The notes under the pieces are model-generated. The model was given only the letters and a program-made list of their open reading frames with translations. It had not been told where the DNA came from and made no database searches. Positions 9,668-19,134 of a stretch of DNA of 64,000 bases are shown piece after piece. This DNA is from an uncultured virus (IMG/VR IMGVR_UViG_3300007597_000002). Lineage: Duplodnaviria > Heunggongvirae > Uroviricota > Caudoviricetes. The translations under genes and the position numbers were made by a program. The stretch is taken from IMG/VR virus record IMGVR_UViG_3300007597_000002, one strand, 5' to 3'. Positions within the stretch are counted from its first letter, which is position 1; each line of letters opens with the position of its first letter.

Positions 9668-10748
9668 AAGAACTATCAAGAAATTTGCTTGGGATTCAAG
9701 CGATAATCAATTTGCATTGAATAAAATTATGAACGAAAATACAAACGAAAAAATCTTTCTCGGTGTTAGTGACTTTGATGACTTAATCACTTCAGAGATC
9801 CTGAAGCGTCGTGTTGAAGCTGGCCAACGTACTATTCATCGTGAAACCAGTGTTCTCTGCAATCGAGAACAGTGGGCTGAATGGGCAGAGGAAATGTTTA
9901 AAGACGACCTCCATGTCCAAGGTAATTCCTCTAATGGTCTTATCATTGAACGTGATACAAACAATTACATTCGCTTTGATGTGAACAGTAATACTGTTTC
10001 TGTTCGTGCTTATGGTGATGCAGATTTTGCAGATGCTATTGTTGCGACAGTTGAATCTAACTTTGATATCGTAACATCTCACATCGAATGGGTTTATGGT
10101 AGCGAAGGTAACTCTGTCAATGTTCCATTGAATCGTGATCGTCTCCCAGTCGATGAAATGTATCCATTTCTAGATGGTGAAACACTTGGTGAATATTATG
10201 AACGCTACATGGCGTCTTCAGCGAATATCCTACTGTTGATTGGTCCTCCAGGAACTGGCAAGACTACATTCATTCGTGGATTGTTAGCACATACAAACTC
10301 ATCCGCAATCGTTTCATACGATTCTACGATTCTTGAGAAGGATGGTTTCTTTGCTCGCTTTATCGAGAGTGATGACAACGTAATGGTTCTTGAAGACTCT
10401 GATGCATTTTTAAAATCTCGCACTGATGGAAACACCATGATGCATCGTTTCCTAAATGTGGGTGATGGTCTTGTTACAACCAAAGGTAAGAAGATGATCT
10501 TCTCTACCAATCTCCCATCTATTCGTGATGTTGACTCTGCATTGGTTCGTCCAGGACGTTGCTTTGATATTCTAACTTTCGATACATTGAATGTTGAACA
10601 AGCAAACAACCTTGCTAAACGTCTTGGTGTTAATTTGGCTGTTCGTAAACGTGGTGATGAAACAAAACCATATAGCATCGCTGAGGTCTTCAATCAAAAG
10701 ACTGAAGGTATGTCAACTGCATCATCTAGAAGGGTTGGTTTTATCTAA
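9570..10748 (+). CDS. AAA+ ATPase (start may be 9570 or 9729)
   Basis: Walker A GPPGTGKT, Walker B VLEDSD, STN, RPGRCFD arginine finger. Confidence 0.85.
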   Translation: MERSIQDWIAELSKGVSSRKFPSIRRRRSKVNKRTIKKFAWDSSDNQFALNKIMNENTNEKIFLGVSDFDDLITSEILKRRVEAGQRTIHRETSVLCNREQWAEWAEEMFKDDLHVQGNSSNGLIIERDTNNYIRFDVNSNTVSVRAYGDADFADAIVATVESNFDIVTSHIEWVYGSEGNSVNVPLNRDRLPVDEMYPFLDGETLGEYYERYMASSANILLLIGPPGTGKTTFIRGLLAHTNSSAIVSYDSTILEKDGFFARFIESDDNVMVLEDSDAFLKSRTDGNTMMHRFLNVGDGLVTTKGKKMIFSTNLPSIRDVDSALVRPGRCFDILTFDTLNVEQANNLAKRLGVNLAVRKRGDETKPYSIAEVFNQKTEGMSTASSRRVGFI

Positions 10749-10888
10749 TGTATAAAGTAAGATATTACATGGCTGGGAGCAATCAAAGAGTATGTAAGAT
10801 TTTTAAAACTCTTACAGAAGCTGTGGAGTTTTCTAATACCAAAGTGGGTATTAATGATGTATATGAGATCGTGAAAGTTGAAGAATGA
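10748..10888 (+). CDS. Small hypothetical protein, 46 aa (not in ORF track)
   Basis: MYKVRYYMAGSNQRVCKIFKTLTEAVEF...; TAATG and ATGA overlaps with both neighbours. Confidence 0.6.
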   Translation: MYKVRYYMAGSNQRVCKIFKTLTEAVEFSNTKVGINDVYEIVKVEE

Positions 10889-11940
10889 AAGTAGCAATTA
10901 TTACAGACCAACACTTCGGTGCTCGTAATGATAGTATTACTTTTCTAGATTTCTATCAGAACTTTTATGATAATACTTTCTTTCCTACTATCGACTCAGC
11001 TGGTATTGATACTGTTCTTATTCTTGGTGATACTTTTGATAGACGTAAATATGTAAATTTCTATTCTCTACAAAGAGCCAAAGAAATGTTCTTTGATAAA
11101 TTAGAAGAACGTGGAATAACAGTTTATATGTTGGCTGGTAACCATGATACATACTACAAAAATACCAATGATGTAAACTCTCCAGATTTGTTACTGACAC
11201 AATACAATAATATTGAAGTGATAGACAGCCCCAAAACTATTAATCTAAATGGTTTTGATGTTTGTATGGTTCCATGGATTTGTGCAGAAAATTATGAAGA
11301 GTCTATTGATGTTATGAAGAACACCCCAGCAACACTTTGCATGGGGCATTTTGAGATTGCAGGATTCGCAATGTATAGGGGAATGGAATCACATGAAGGA
11401 CTTTCTAAAGAAACTTTCGATAAATTTGATATGGTATTCTCTGGGCATTATCACCATCGTTCTAATGATAACCACATTTATTATCTCGGAAATCCGTACG
11501 AACTTACATGGCAAGACCATAACGATCCCAGAGGATTTCATCTGTTCGATCTCGAGAACAGACAACTTGGATTCATTCAAAATCCTTATACAATGTTCAC
11601 GAGAATCGAATACAACGACAAAGAAGTTGAACCACTCGACTTAACATCACTTGATCTAAATGGTAAGTATGTAAAGTTAATTGTTGTTAACAAAACTGAC
11701 TACTATAAATTTGACAAGTTCACGCAACTGTTGTATAATAAGGGTTGCGCAGACATTAAGATTATTGAAGATCTTTCTGAATTTCAAGAAGGCGAAATCA
11801 ATGAAGACATCAACTTAGAAGATACAGTTTCTGTTCTCTCTAATTTTATTGATTCAATAGAAACTGATGTTGACAAAGAAAAAGTTAAATCATACATGCG
11901 AGGTTTATATACTGAAGCGATTAATATTGAGGTTGTTTGA
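10885..11940 (+). CDS. gp47: Recombination endonuclease subunit gp47 (Mre11-like)
   Basis: TDQHFG, LGDTFDRRK, GNHD, GHFE, SGHYH. Confidence 0.96.
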   Translation: MKVAIITDQHFGARNDSITFLDFYQNFYDNTFFPTIDSAGIDTVLILGDTFDRRKYVNFYSLQRAKEMFFDKLEERGITVYMLAGNHDTYYKNTNDVNSPDLLLTQYNNIEVIDSPKTINLNGFDVCMVPWICAENYEESIDVMKNTPATLCMGHFEIAGFAMYRGMESHEGLSKETFDKFDMVFSGHYHHRSNDNHIYYLGNPYELTWQDHNDPRGFHLFDLENRQLGFIQNPYTMFTRIEYNDKEVEPLDLTSLDLNGKYVKLIVVNKTDYYKFDKFTQLLYNKGCADIKIIEDLSEFQEGEINEDINLEDTVSVLSNFIDSIETDVDKEKVKSYMRGLYTEAINIEVV

Positions 11941-13658
11941 TGATTGTTTTTAAAAGTGTAAGTTGGAAGAATTTTTTATCTACTGGCAACTCATCGAACA
12001 AAGTTCTCCTAAACAAATCCCAAACTACTTTAATCATTGGTAAAAATGGTGAGGGTAAAAGCACAATCTTAGATGCATTGTGCTTTTCATTATTTGGAAA
12101 ACCCTTTCGTAGTATTAACAAGGGGCAACTAGTAAACTCTATTAATGGTAAGGGTTGTTTAGTTGAGATAGAACTTTCTATCGGTACCAAAGACTACAAA
12201 ATAGTACGTGGAATAAAGCCAAACATCTTTGAAATCTGGTGTGATGGTATCATGTTAAATCAAGATGCTGCTTCTCGTGATTACCAGAAGGTACTAGAAC
12301 AGCAAATTCTTCGACTGAATTATAAGACATTCACTCAGGTAGTTATTCTCGGTTCTGCATCATTCGTTCCATTCATGCAGCTGACACCACTACAAAGAAG
12401 AGAAGTTATTGAGGATATTCTTGACATTAGAATTTTCTCTACAATGAATTCATTATTGAAAGAAAAGGCGCAGGAGACTAAAGATGCTATACTACGCATT
12501 GAGAGCGAAATTAAAAGCGCAAAGGACAAGGTTGAAAGCCAGCAAGCAATCATCAGAACTATCGCAGAAGCGAAGTCCAGTGCTATCGAAAGTATCGTAT
12601 CAAAAATATCTGCTAACAATGATGAGATTCTATCTGTCGAGGGGGAGATCGAATCTATCGTTTCGGAGATCACTGCTCTTCAAACAAGCATCGATGATAA
12701 AGAAACTGTATCTGAAGACATTGACAAAGCCAAATCAATCCGTAGTAAGTTGCTCCAGAAAATCGAAACTTGCGAGCACAACACAGAGTTTTTTAGCGAA
12801 CACGATGTTTGTCCATCGTGTAGCCAAGATATCCCAGAGGAATACAAAGAAGGTATTATCAAGGATCTTAATTCGAAACTGTTGGACAATAACACAAAGA
12901 TTGGTGAACTCGAAACCATTCTCACAAATCTCCAATCGAAACTATCGCAAATTAACGAAGTGGTTGGGCAAATTACAACCAAGAACATTGAGTTATCTAC
13001 AAGGAACTCTACTGTCACCTTACTTAACAAACAAATCAAAGAACTTGAAGCTGAGACCCAAAGGGTTAAATCTGACACAACTAATATCGATGAAGAGAAG
13101 GGTAAGTTAAAAGATCTCGCAACTAATGCTCTAGAAAAGATTAACAATAAAAATAGTTTAATGGATCAACGTAACTTAGAAGAAGTTGCTTCTGTTCTTC
13201 TTAAAGATACTGGTATCAAGACAGCAATCATACGTGAGTATCTTCCTGCAATGAACAAATTGATTAATAAATACCTACAAGCAATGGATGCATATATTCA
13301 TTTCGAACTTGACGAATCGTTCAATGAATCTGTGAAGTCTCGCTATCGTGATGACTTTACATATGCAAGTTTCTCTGAAGGTGAAAAGATGCGTATCGAT
13401 CTCGCTATCCTTTTCACATGGCGTCAGATTGCAAAGATGAAGAACAGTGTCAACACTAATCTTCTATTGCTTGATGAGATTTTTGATTCATCTCTTGACA
13501 CTGCAGGAACTGATTACTTCCTCAACCTAATGAATCAGTTTGGTGACAATACAAACATCTTTGTAATCAGCCATAAAGGTGATCAACTCTTTGATAAGTT
13601 TAGGTCTGTAGTGAAGTTTGAGAAGCGCAATGACTTCTCAGTGATAGTCCCGAACTAA
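11937..13658 (+). CDS. gp46: Recombination ATPase subunit gp46 (Rad50-like)
   Basis: WKNFLSTGN, GKNGEGKST, CPSC zinc hook, FSEGEKMRIDLA, LDEIFD. Confidence 0.97.
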   Translation: MMIVFKSVSWKNFLSTGNSSNKVLLNKSQTTLIIGKNGEGKSTILDALCFSLFGKPFRSINKGQLVNSINGKGCLVEIELSIGTKDYKIVRGIKPNIFEIWCDGIMLNQDAASRDYQKVLEQQILRLNYKTFTQVVILGSASFVPFMQLTPLQRREVIEDILDIRIFSTMNSLLKEKAQETKDAILRIESEIKSAKDKVESQQAIIRTIAEAKSSAIESIVSKISANNDEILSVEGEIESIVSEITALQTSIDDKETVSEDIDKAKSIRSKLLQKIETCEHNTEFFSEHDVCPSCSQDIPEEYKEGIIKDLNSKLLDNNTKIGELETILTNLQSKLSQINEVVGQITTKNIELSTRNSTVTLLNKQIKELEAETQRVKSDTTNIDEEKGKLKDLATNALEKINNKNSLMDQRNLEEVASVLLKDTGIKTAIIREYLPAMNKLINKYLQAMDAYIHFELDESFNESVKSRYRDDFTYASFSEGEKMRIDLAILFTWRQIAKMKNSVNTNLLLLDEIFDSSLDTAGTDYFLNLMNQFGDNTNIFVISHKGDQLFDKFRSVVKFEKRNDFSVIVPN

Positions 13659-13745
13659 TCCCCTACGAGGAGTAGGGGAATGTAAGTTGTTGATTTTACA
13701 GGGTTTTTTCAGGGGCTTGTCTTTTATCTAAAACTGGTGCATAAT
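13659..13745 (+). promoter_or_regulatory. Early promoter module: palindrome TCCCCTAC-N5-GTAGGGGA, IHF-consensus site, TTGTCT-17-CATAAT
   Basis: Palindrome 13659-13679; TAAGTTGTTGATT 13683-13695 is the reverse complement of WATCAANNNNTTR; -35 at 13717, -10 at 13740. Confidence 0.7.
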
Positions 13746-13770
13746 TCACTCTATTGAATCGGAGAAAATT

Positions 13771-13929
13771 ATGTGGAATGAATTTAGTGACTTTGAACTA
13801 GCCGAGTTGGCTGCAATGTATGGTCTTGAGGAAGAACTTGTGTTCTGCAATGACCTTTCCCTAGCGAATCGTACTCACATCGAGTCACGATTGACCGAAG
13901 TAGAATACGATATGGCTTACGGAGAATAA
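13771..13929 (+). CDS. Small acidic early protein, 52 aa (not in ORF track)
   Basis: GGAGA RBS; MWNEFSDFELAELAAMYGLEEEL... Confidence 0.7.
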   Translation: MWNEFSDFELAELAAMYGLEEELVFCNDLSLANRTHIESRLTEVEYDMAYGE

Positions 13930-13930
13930 T

Positions 13931-16102
13931 ATGAACATCAAAGCATCTGACCTTTCCGCACGTCTTCTTGCCAATGAGAATCTTTCAGTGATTCGTGCAA
14001 GAACACGCACTGCATCTTTTGACATCAAAGCACGTGTGTTGACTTTACCAGTCTGGAAAGATATGACTCCAGAGATTGAAGATATGCTAACTGGTCACGA
14101 AGTTGGCCATGCCTTGTATACTGGTGACGAATACTTGGTTCCAATTCAAGAAGATCGTAAAATTATGACTTACCTCAACGTACTCGAAGATGTACGTATT
14201 GAGAAAATGATCAAACGTAAGTATCCAGGACTGCGTAAACGCATGAACGAAGGATATAAACAACTCAATGATCGTGACTTCTTTGGTGTAAAACAAGTCC
14301 AGAATTTTGATGACTTGTTACTCATCGACAAAATCAATCTATATTTCAAAGCAGGATTCCAGTGTGGAGTTACATTCACACCTGAAGAAAGGTTGTTTGT
14401 CAATCGTGCTGAACGCACAGAGACCATTGATGAAGTGGTTGAATTGGCTAAAGAAATTTATGGTTTCTCGAAAGAAGAATTACAGGAAAAAAAGAAACGT
14501 GTCCTTATTGAAGATCCAGAAGAACTTGAAGAATCTAACGAAGAGCCAGAAGGCGAATTTGATGACATCGATGACTATGAAGACAATTGGGATCAAGAAG
14601 ATTCTGATGAAGATCAAGATGAAAAGAGTAGTCGTAAAACCCATGGTGGAAAATCCACTGAGTCTGACGATGAGCCATCTATCTCTGAAGAAGAACTTGA
14701 GTCTAAGACTGATCGAAATTTTGCTGATAAATTGCAAGATTTGGCTGATGACAGCACGCAATATAACTATGTTAAATTCGATGACAAATACTTCAAAGAT
14801 CCTATTGTTGGTTACAAAACCATCCTCAATGAAACCATTGACAACTGGTATACAGAAGACAAGAATGGTAATACCAAAGAAATGACTGCTGATGAACGCA
14901 ATCAATTTGCATTGGATCGTGCTAAGTATGATAAATTCAAAACAGATTCTACACGTGCAGTGAATTATCTGGTCAAAGAATTCGAGATGCGTAAGTCTGC
15001 AGCCCTGTACAAACGTGCTCAGGTCTCCAAGACTGGTTCATTGGATATGAAACGTGTCTGGTCTTACACACTTAATGATGACTTGTTCAAACGTGTCAGT
15101 GTCGTACCACAGGGTAAAAACCATGGTATGCTTTTCTTGCTGGACTGGTCTGGTTCAATGGATGGCGTTATGGAAGATACCTTGAAACAGGTTATCAATT
15201 TGGCAATGTTCTGTGCACGTATTCAAATTCCATATCGTGTGCTTGCTTTCACTTCTCAATACGGTGATCGTAATCCTGATAATTATGACAAACAACGTGA
15301 GTGGCATCGTATTCACAATGAGTATTTGAATGCAAACAATATACTGGTGACGAATAATAATTTCTCGTTATTAGAATTGTTTTCGAACAAGATGACTACC
15401 AGCGAATTCCATACGATGGCTCGTCGTGTAACTAACTACAAATTCTTTTGGAATGATGGTTACAGTATGGGTGGAACACCATTGAACGAAGCATTGGTAT
15501 GGGTTTACAATAATCTTGGAACTTATACTAAACAAAATGCTATCGAGAAGATGACACTCATTACCTTAACTGATGGTGAAGGTAGTGCATTGTATACTGT
15601 CAATAGTAGTATGCAAGAGCATGAGAATGTGTATTCCACTAGTGGTTACAAAAGGATCAAACACAAATACTTTATTCGTGATGATAAAACACAGAAAACT
15701 TATCAGCTGAATAAAAATTCTAATGAACAAACATCTACGATTATTCAGATGATCAAAGATCGTCACAACTGCGTGGTTGTTGGATTTTATATCTGCCGTA
15801 ATGCTCGTCGTGATTTATGTTCTGCGATTCGTTCAAACTTACCAGTCTTTTCAGGTAATGAATACAATATCATTGATACTTGGAGAAAAGAGTTTCGTGA
15901 TCAAGGATTCGCTTCAATCAAAGGCACTGGTCGTGATGACTTGTTCTTAGTCCCACAGTCTTCTACGAAGATTGTTGAGGGTGAGTTGGAAGTGAAAGAA
16001 GATGCAAACGCTAAGGCAATTGCAAAGAACTTCAGCAAATTCCTCAATGTAAAACAGACTAGCCGAGTCCTCCTGAATCGGTTCGTGGGATACGTTGCGT
16101 AA
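13931..16102 (+). CDS. Metallopeptidase-like plus vWA domain protein (CobT-like partner of MoxR ATPase)
   Basis: HEVGHALYT zinc motif, acidic linker, MIDAS DWSGSM, GGTPL, LTDGE. Confidence 0.85.
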   Translation: MNIKASDLSARLLANENLSVIRARTRTASFDIKARVLTLPVWKDMTPEIEDMLTGHEVGHALYTGDEYLVPIQEDRKIMTYLNVLEDVRIEKMIKRKYPGLRKRMNEGYKQLNDRDFFGVKQVQNFDDLLLIDKINLYFKAGFQCGVTFTPEERLFVNRAERTETIDEVVELAKEIYGFSKEELQEKKKRVLIEDPEELEESNEEPEGEFDDIDDYEDNWDQEDSDEDQDEKSSRKTHGGKSTESDDEPSISEEELESKTDRNFADKLQDLADDSTQYNYVKFDDKYFKDPIVGYKTILNETIDNWYTEDKNGNTKEMTADERNQFALDRAKYDKFKTDSTRAVNYLVKEFEMRKSAALYKRAQVSKTGSLDMKRVWSYTLNDDLFKRVSVVPQGKNHGMLFLLDWSGSMDGVMEDTLKQVINLAMFCARIQIPYRVLAFTSQYGDRNPDNYDKQREWHRIHNEYLNANNILVTNNNFSLLELFSNKMTTSEFHTMARRVTNYKFFWNDGYSMGGTPLNEALVWVYNNLGTYTKQNAIEKMTLITLTDGEGSALYTVNSSMQEHENVYSTSGYKRIKHKYFIRDDKTQKTYQLNKNSNEQTSTIIQMIKDRHNCVVVGFYICRNARRDLCSAIRSNLPVFSGNEYNIIDTWRKEFRDQGFASIKGTGRDDLFLVPQSSTKIVEGELEVKEDANAKAIAKNFSKFLNVKQTSRVLLNRFVGYVA

Positions 16103-16192
16103 GTTGTTGATTTTACAGGTGAAAATAATCCCATACAAAGTGTAGGGGAATTCCCAAAAAGGCTTGTCTTTGATTGCAGTTTAGGGAATAAT
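16100..16192 (+). promoter_or_regulatory. Second early promoter module: IHF site, palindrome, TTGTCT-17-AATAAT
   Basis: TAAGTTGTTGATT 16100-16112; TCCCATAC-AAAGT-GTAGGGGA 16129-16149; -35 at 16164. Confidence 0.7.
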
Positions 16193-16226
16193 ACAGTTAT
16201 TGATTGGTTGTTATATTATGGAGAAA

Positions 16227-17390
16227 ATGATGGCAAAATGTGATGTGGCTTTTCGTGCGACTTTTGAGGAAAAACTCAATGAGATGTTTCCTGACATCAA
16301 AACTAAAGGTACGGTATCCCGACCTCAGTTGATTGAGTGTATGGCTAAACTTAAGACTGACAAATATCCTTTGTGGCTCATGAAGAATAAACTTGGTCGT
16401 GGTTTGTATGCCATCGATGGTGGTGTTCCTGCAGTTGAAGGTAACACTGTTCGTAAACCTGTAGCTGTTGTAGAATCTTTCACTGTGGACTATACGAATA
16501 CTGATTCATTGATTCCTAAGAAGGATCCGAACTTTGTACCATTCGGTAACTACAATGATCTTGAAACTATTATCAAGACTAAGATTTTCTATCCTGTGTT
16601 TGTTTCTGGTCCAACTGGGAATGGCAAGTCCACGATGGTTGAACAAATTTGTGCCAAGCACAAACGTCCTCTGATTCGTGTTAACTTAAACATGATGACT
16701 GATGAAGAACAACTCATTGGCTCCAAGACTTTGGAAAATGGTAATGTCGAGATCATCGAAGGTCCAGTCTTGATCGCCATGCGAACTGGAACTGCACTCT
16801 TGCTTGATGAGATTGATGCTGGCTCTGCAAATACTTTGCTTTGCTTGCAACCGATTCTTGAGGGTAAGCCATATTACTTCAAGTTGAAGAACGAGATGAT
16901 TGTTCCAGCTGAAGGATTCAATATGTTTGCAACAGCAAACACTAAGGGTAAGGGTAGCGATGATGGTCGTTACATTGGTACTAACGTGCTCAACGAAGCA
17001 TTCTTGGAACGATTCGCTGTTACGTTTGAGCAGGATTACCCAAGTGCTAAGATTGAGCAAAAGATTGTTGAGAATCTGATGGACTTCTACGGATGCAAAG
17101 ATGTAGAATTCGCAGAGACATTGGTTAAATGGGCAGACGCAATTCGTCGCACCTTTGCCGATGGTGGCGTGGATGAAAATATTACGACTCGTCGTATGAT
17201 CCACATTGTGCGTGCGTTTGCAATCTTCAAGAGTCGTACGAAAGCAGTAGAACTTTGCTGCAATCGTTTCGACTCCGCAACGAAGACTGCATTCATGGAC
17301 TTGTTTGAGAAGGTTGCAAACCCTGCTCCTGAGGTAGTACCTACACCAGAAGTTGCTGCAATCGATCCTACCGATGAGGTTCCATTTTAA
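16227..17390 (+). CDS. cobS: MoxR/CobS-family AAA+ ATPase
   Basis: GPTGNGKS, LLLDEID, ATANTKGKGSDDGRYIGTNVLNEAFLERF, ITTRR. Confidence 0.88.
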   Translation: MMAKCDVAFRATFEEKLNEMFPDIKTKGTVSRPQLIECMAKLKTDKYPLWLMKNKLGRGLYAIDGGVPAVEGNTVRKPVAVVESFTVDYTNTDSLIPKKDPNFVPFGNYNDLETIIKTKIFYPVFVSGPTGNGKSTMVEQICAKHKRPLIRVNLNMMTDEEQLIGSKTLENGNVEIIEGPVLIAMRTGTALLLDEIDAGSANTLLCLQPILEGKPYYFKLKNEMIVPAEGFNMFATANTKGKGSDDGRYIGTNVLNEAFLERFAVTFEQDYPSAKIEQKIVENLMDFYGCKDVEFAETLVKWADAIRRTFADGGVDENITTRRMIHIVRAFAIFKSRTKAVELCCNRFDSATKTAFMDLFEKVANPAPEVVPTPEVAAIDPTDEVPF

Positions 17391-17392
17391 AC

Positions 17393-17421
17393 TTGTCTTA
17401 CATTGAAACTTGTTGTATAAT
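17393..17421 (+). promoter_or_regulatory. Sigma70-type early promoter
   Basis: TTGTCT-17bp-TATAAT. Confidence 0.8.
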
Positions 17422-17453
17422 TCTGTCTTGAACTTTGAAAAAGGAAATTTGTT

Positions 17454-17936
17454 ATGTTGAAATTCGCTAATTTGTCTATGTCCCAGAAGAAATTTGTTGT
17501 GTCTGTTATTGAGAGCAATCCTCAATACAAGAAAGACCCACAGATTACTTTGAAGGAATGTGCTTCCATCTATTACACCTTGCGTGATCAACGGACTGGT
17601 GTTAAGGGTGAGAAGATTGGTTATCCTAACTGGTTGTTCAATAAGAACAAGGTTGAGCGTGGTGTATACCAACTTCCTGTTCCTACTGCTGTTGAGTTGT
17701 CGCAATTTGCGAAAGACTCTGCTGTGAAACCAGCTAAGGCTAAACCTGTTAAGGTTGCTAAGGTTAAAGTTGTGAAAGCACCTGCTAAGAAAGCAGTTGC
17801 AGTCAAGACACCTGTTGCTAAGGAAGACAACATGGAGATCTCTCGTCTGCAGAAGATCATTGATGATTCAGTTGAAGTTGATTCTGATACTGAAGACTTC
17901 AATGCGATCCTGCGTGAGAATGGTATCCAAGTTTAA
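17454..17936 (+). CDS. Putative DNA-binding protein with Lys/Ala/Val-rich linker
   Basis: AAGGA RBS; YPNWLFNKNKVERGVYQL; KPAKAKPVKVAKVKVVKAPAKK. Confidence 0.6.
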   Translation: MLKFANLSMSQKKFVVSVIESNPQYKKDPQITLKECASIYYTLRDQRTGVKGEKIGYPNWLFNKNKVERGVYQLPVPTAVELSQFAKDSAVKPAKAKPVKVAKVKVVKAPAKKAVAVKTPVAKEDNMEISRLQKIIDDSVEVDSDTEDFNAILRENGIQV

Positions 17937-17943
17937 TTTTCCG

Positions 17944-17984
17944 AGAAGGTTGGGGTAATTGCCATCGCCCCACCTTCTTTTTTT
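17944..17984 (+). terminator. Rho-independent terminator
   Basis: AGAAGGTTGGGG...CCCCACCTTCT followed by a T-tract. Confidence 0.75.
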
Positions 17985-18020
17985 AATTTTAATGATGGTT
18001 TAATTATGGAGATATTATCT

Positions 18021-18287
18021 ATGTCGAAGCAAGAAAAATTGTTGGAGAATCTAAAGGCTGGAAAAGAATTTACTGCTAAGCAGATCAAAGGTTCTTTCCA
18101 GATCGCACATCCAGCATCTGCAATTCGCAATTTACGTGAGCAAGGTTATGCTGTTTACAGCAACAGTGCAAAATTGCATGATGGTACATTGACTACCAAG
18201 TATCGTCTTGGTCAGCCAAGCAAGCGTATGGTTCGCATTGCTAATGCTGTTATGGGTGCATCTGTGTTTAGCGCACGACGTGCTTAA
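18021..18287 (+). CDS. Small winged-helix DNA-binding protein
   Basis: FTAKQI...ASAIRNLREQGYAVYSN...YRLG pattern; GGAG RBS. Confidence 0.7.
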   Translation: MSKQEKLLENLKAGKEFTAKQIKGSFQIAHPASAIRNLREQGYAVYSNSAKLHDGTLTTKYRLGQPSKRMVRIANAVMGASVFSARRA

Positions 18288-18294
18288 TTGACGT

Positions 18295-18334
18295 ATGAGT
18301 CAGGATATTCTTCGGAGTATCTTGACTCATTTTA
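18295..18334 (+). terminator. Stem-loop / terminator
   Basis: ATGAGTCAGGATATTC-TTCG-GAGTATCTTGACTCAT followed by TTT. Confidence 0.75.
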
Positions 18335-18351
18335 TATTATGGAGACATGCG

Positions 18352-18720
18352 ATGCCAATTGGTGATGTTAAAGGTGATGGATTCATTTCCAAAGAAGACA
18401 TTAAAAAGTCCCAGACTGCCACGACAGGTGGGCGAAAATTTGATGGTGGTAAACTTCAATATGGTTTACTACCACCACTCGCATTAAAAGCGACTGTAGA
18501 AATCCTAACATTTGGTGCAGAGAAATATGAGCCAGATAATTGGAAAGTAGTTCCTGACTCAAAACGTAGATACTTTGACGCAATGCAAAGACATCTTTGG
18601 GCATGGAAAGAGGGAGAACAAGATGATCCCGAAACTGGAAAGAATCACTTGGCACATGCAATGTGTTGTCTAATGTTTCTTTATGAACACGATGTGAAGT
18701 ATTCTAAGGAAATTAAATGA
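18352..18720 (+). CDS. dATP/dGTP diphosphohydrolase-domain protein (DUF5664-like)
   Basis: GRKFDGGK...LTFGAEKY...NW...DAMQRHL...DPETGKNHLAHA. Confidence 0.8.
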   Translation: MPIGDVKGDGFISKEDIKKSQTATTGGRKFDGGKLQYGLLPPLALKATVEILTFGAEKYEPDNWKVVPDSKRRYFDAMQRHLWAWKEGEQDDPETGKNHLAHAMCCLMFLYEHDVKYSKEIK

Positions 18721-19070
18721 CTCTTGAACAGATCTTAGTAGCAACTGCAGTTTGGATGGTTCTTGTAGCCATTGTGTTTACTCACTCTAACTGGGGTAAG
18801 ATTCGTGCTTGTTTTGGTATGTGGCTTACTCGAGAGTACTGGACTAACTACAACACGGTAGAGTTTGCCAGTTGGGCAGCAAAGGCAGTTATCATCATCC
18901 CTGGACTTATCTTTGGTATCCAGCTTTGGTGGTTGTACTTCTTCACTCTTGCAACCTCGCTGTCTCTCATCTGGGCAAGCAATAAGAAGTTGCTCCCAAC
19001 TCTTATTGGATTCAACATCGTGTGGACTTGGATCAGTTGCATGGTTTTGGCTCAACATTTAATCAAATAA
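18717..19070 (+). CDS. Small multi-pass membrane protein
   Basis: Several hydrophobic segments; ATGA overlap with upstream gene. Confidence 0.65.
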   Translation: MTLEQILVATAVWMVLVAIVFTHSNWGKIRACFGMWLTREYWTNYNTVEFASWAAKAVIIIPGLIFGIQLWWLYFFTLATSLSLIWASNKKLLPTLIGFNIVWTWISCMVLAQHLIK

Positions 19071-19072
19071 AT

Positions 19073-19101
19073 TTGATTATTTTTGATTTTGAATGTATAA
19101 T
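19073..19101 (+). promoter_or_regulatory. Sigma70-type promoter for gp45
   Basis: TTGATT-17bp-TATAAT. Confidence 0.7.
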
Positions 19102-19134
19102 TTTTATACATAGTTATTATTAATTGGAGAAAAT

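Noticed and set aside
12484..13110. 208-aa alternative-frame ORF inside gp46
   Set aside because: Off-frame overlap within a well-conserved gene; no support
14307..14885. 192-aa alternative-frame ORF inside the vWA protein
   Set aside because: By-product of the acidic low-complexity linker
16227..17390. Genuine cobalamin biosynthesis role for the cobS-like gene
   Set aside because: No cobN or other cob genes; better explained as a MoxR-vWA system
16686..17705. 339-aa minus-strand ORF
   Set aside because: Antisense shadow of the cobS-like gene and 17454; no motifs or RBS
18295..18351. Upstream start for the DUF5664-like ORF
   Set aside because: Coincides with a hairpin; the GGAG RBS supports 18352
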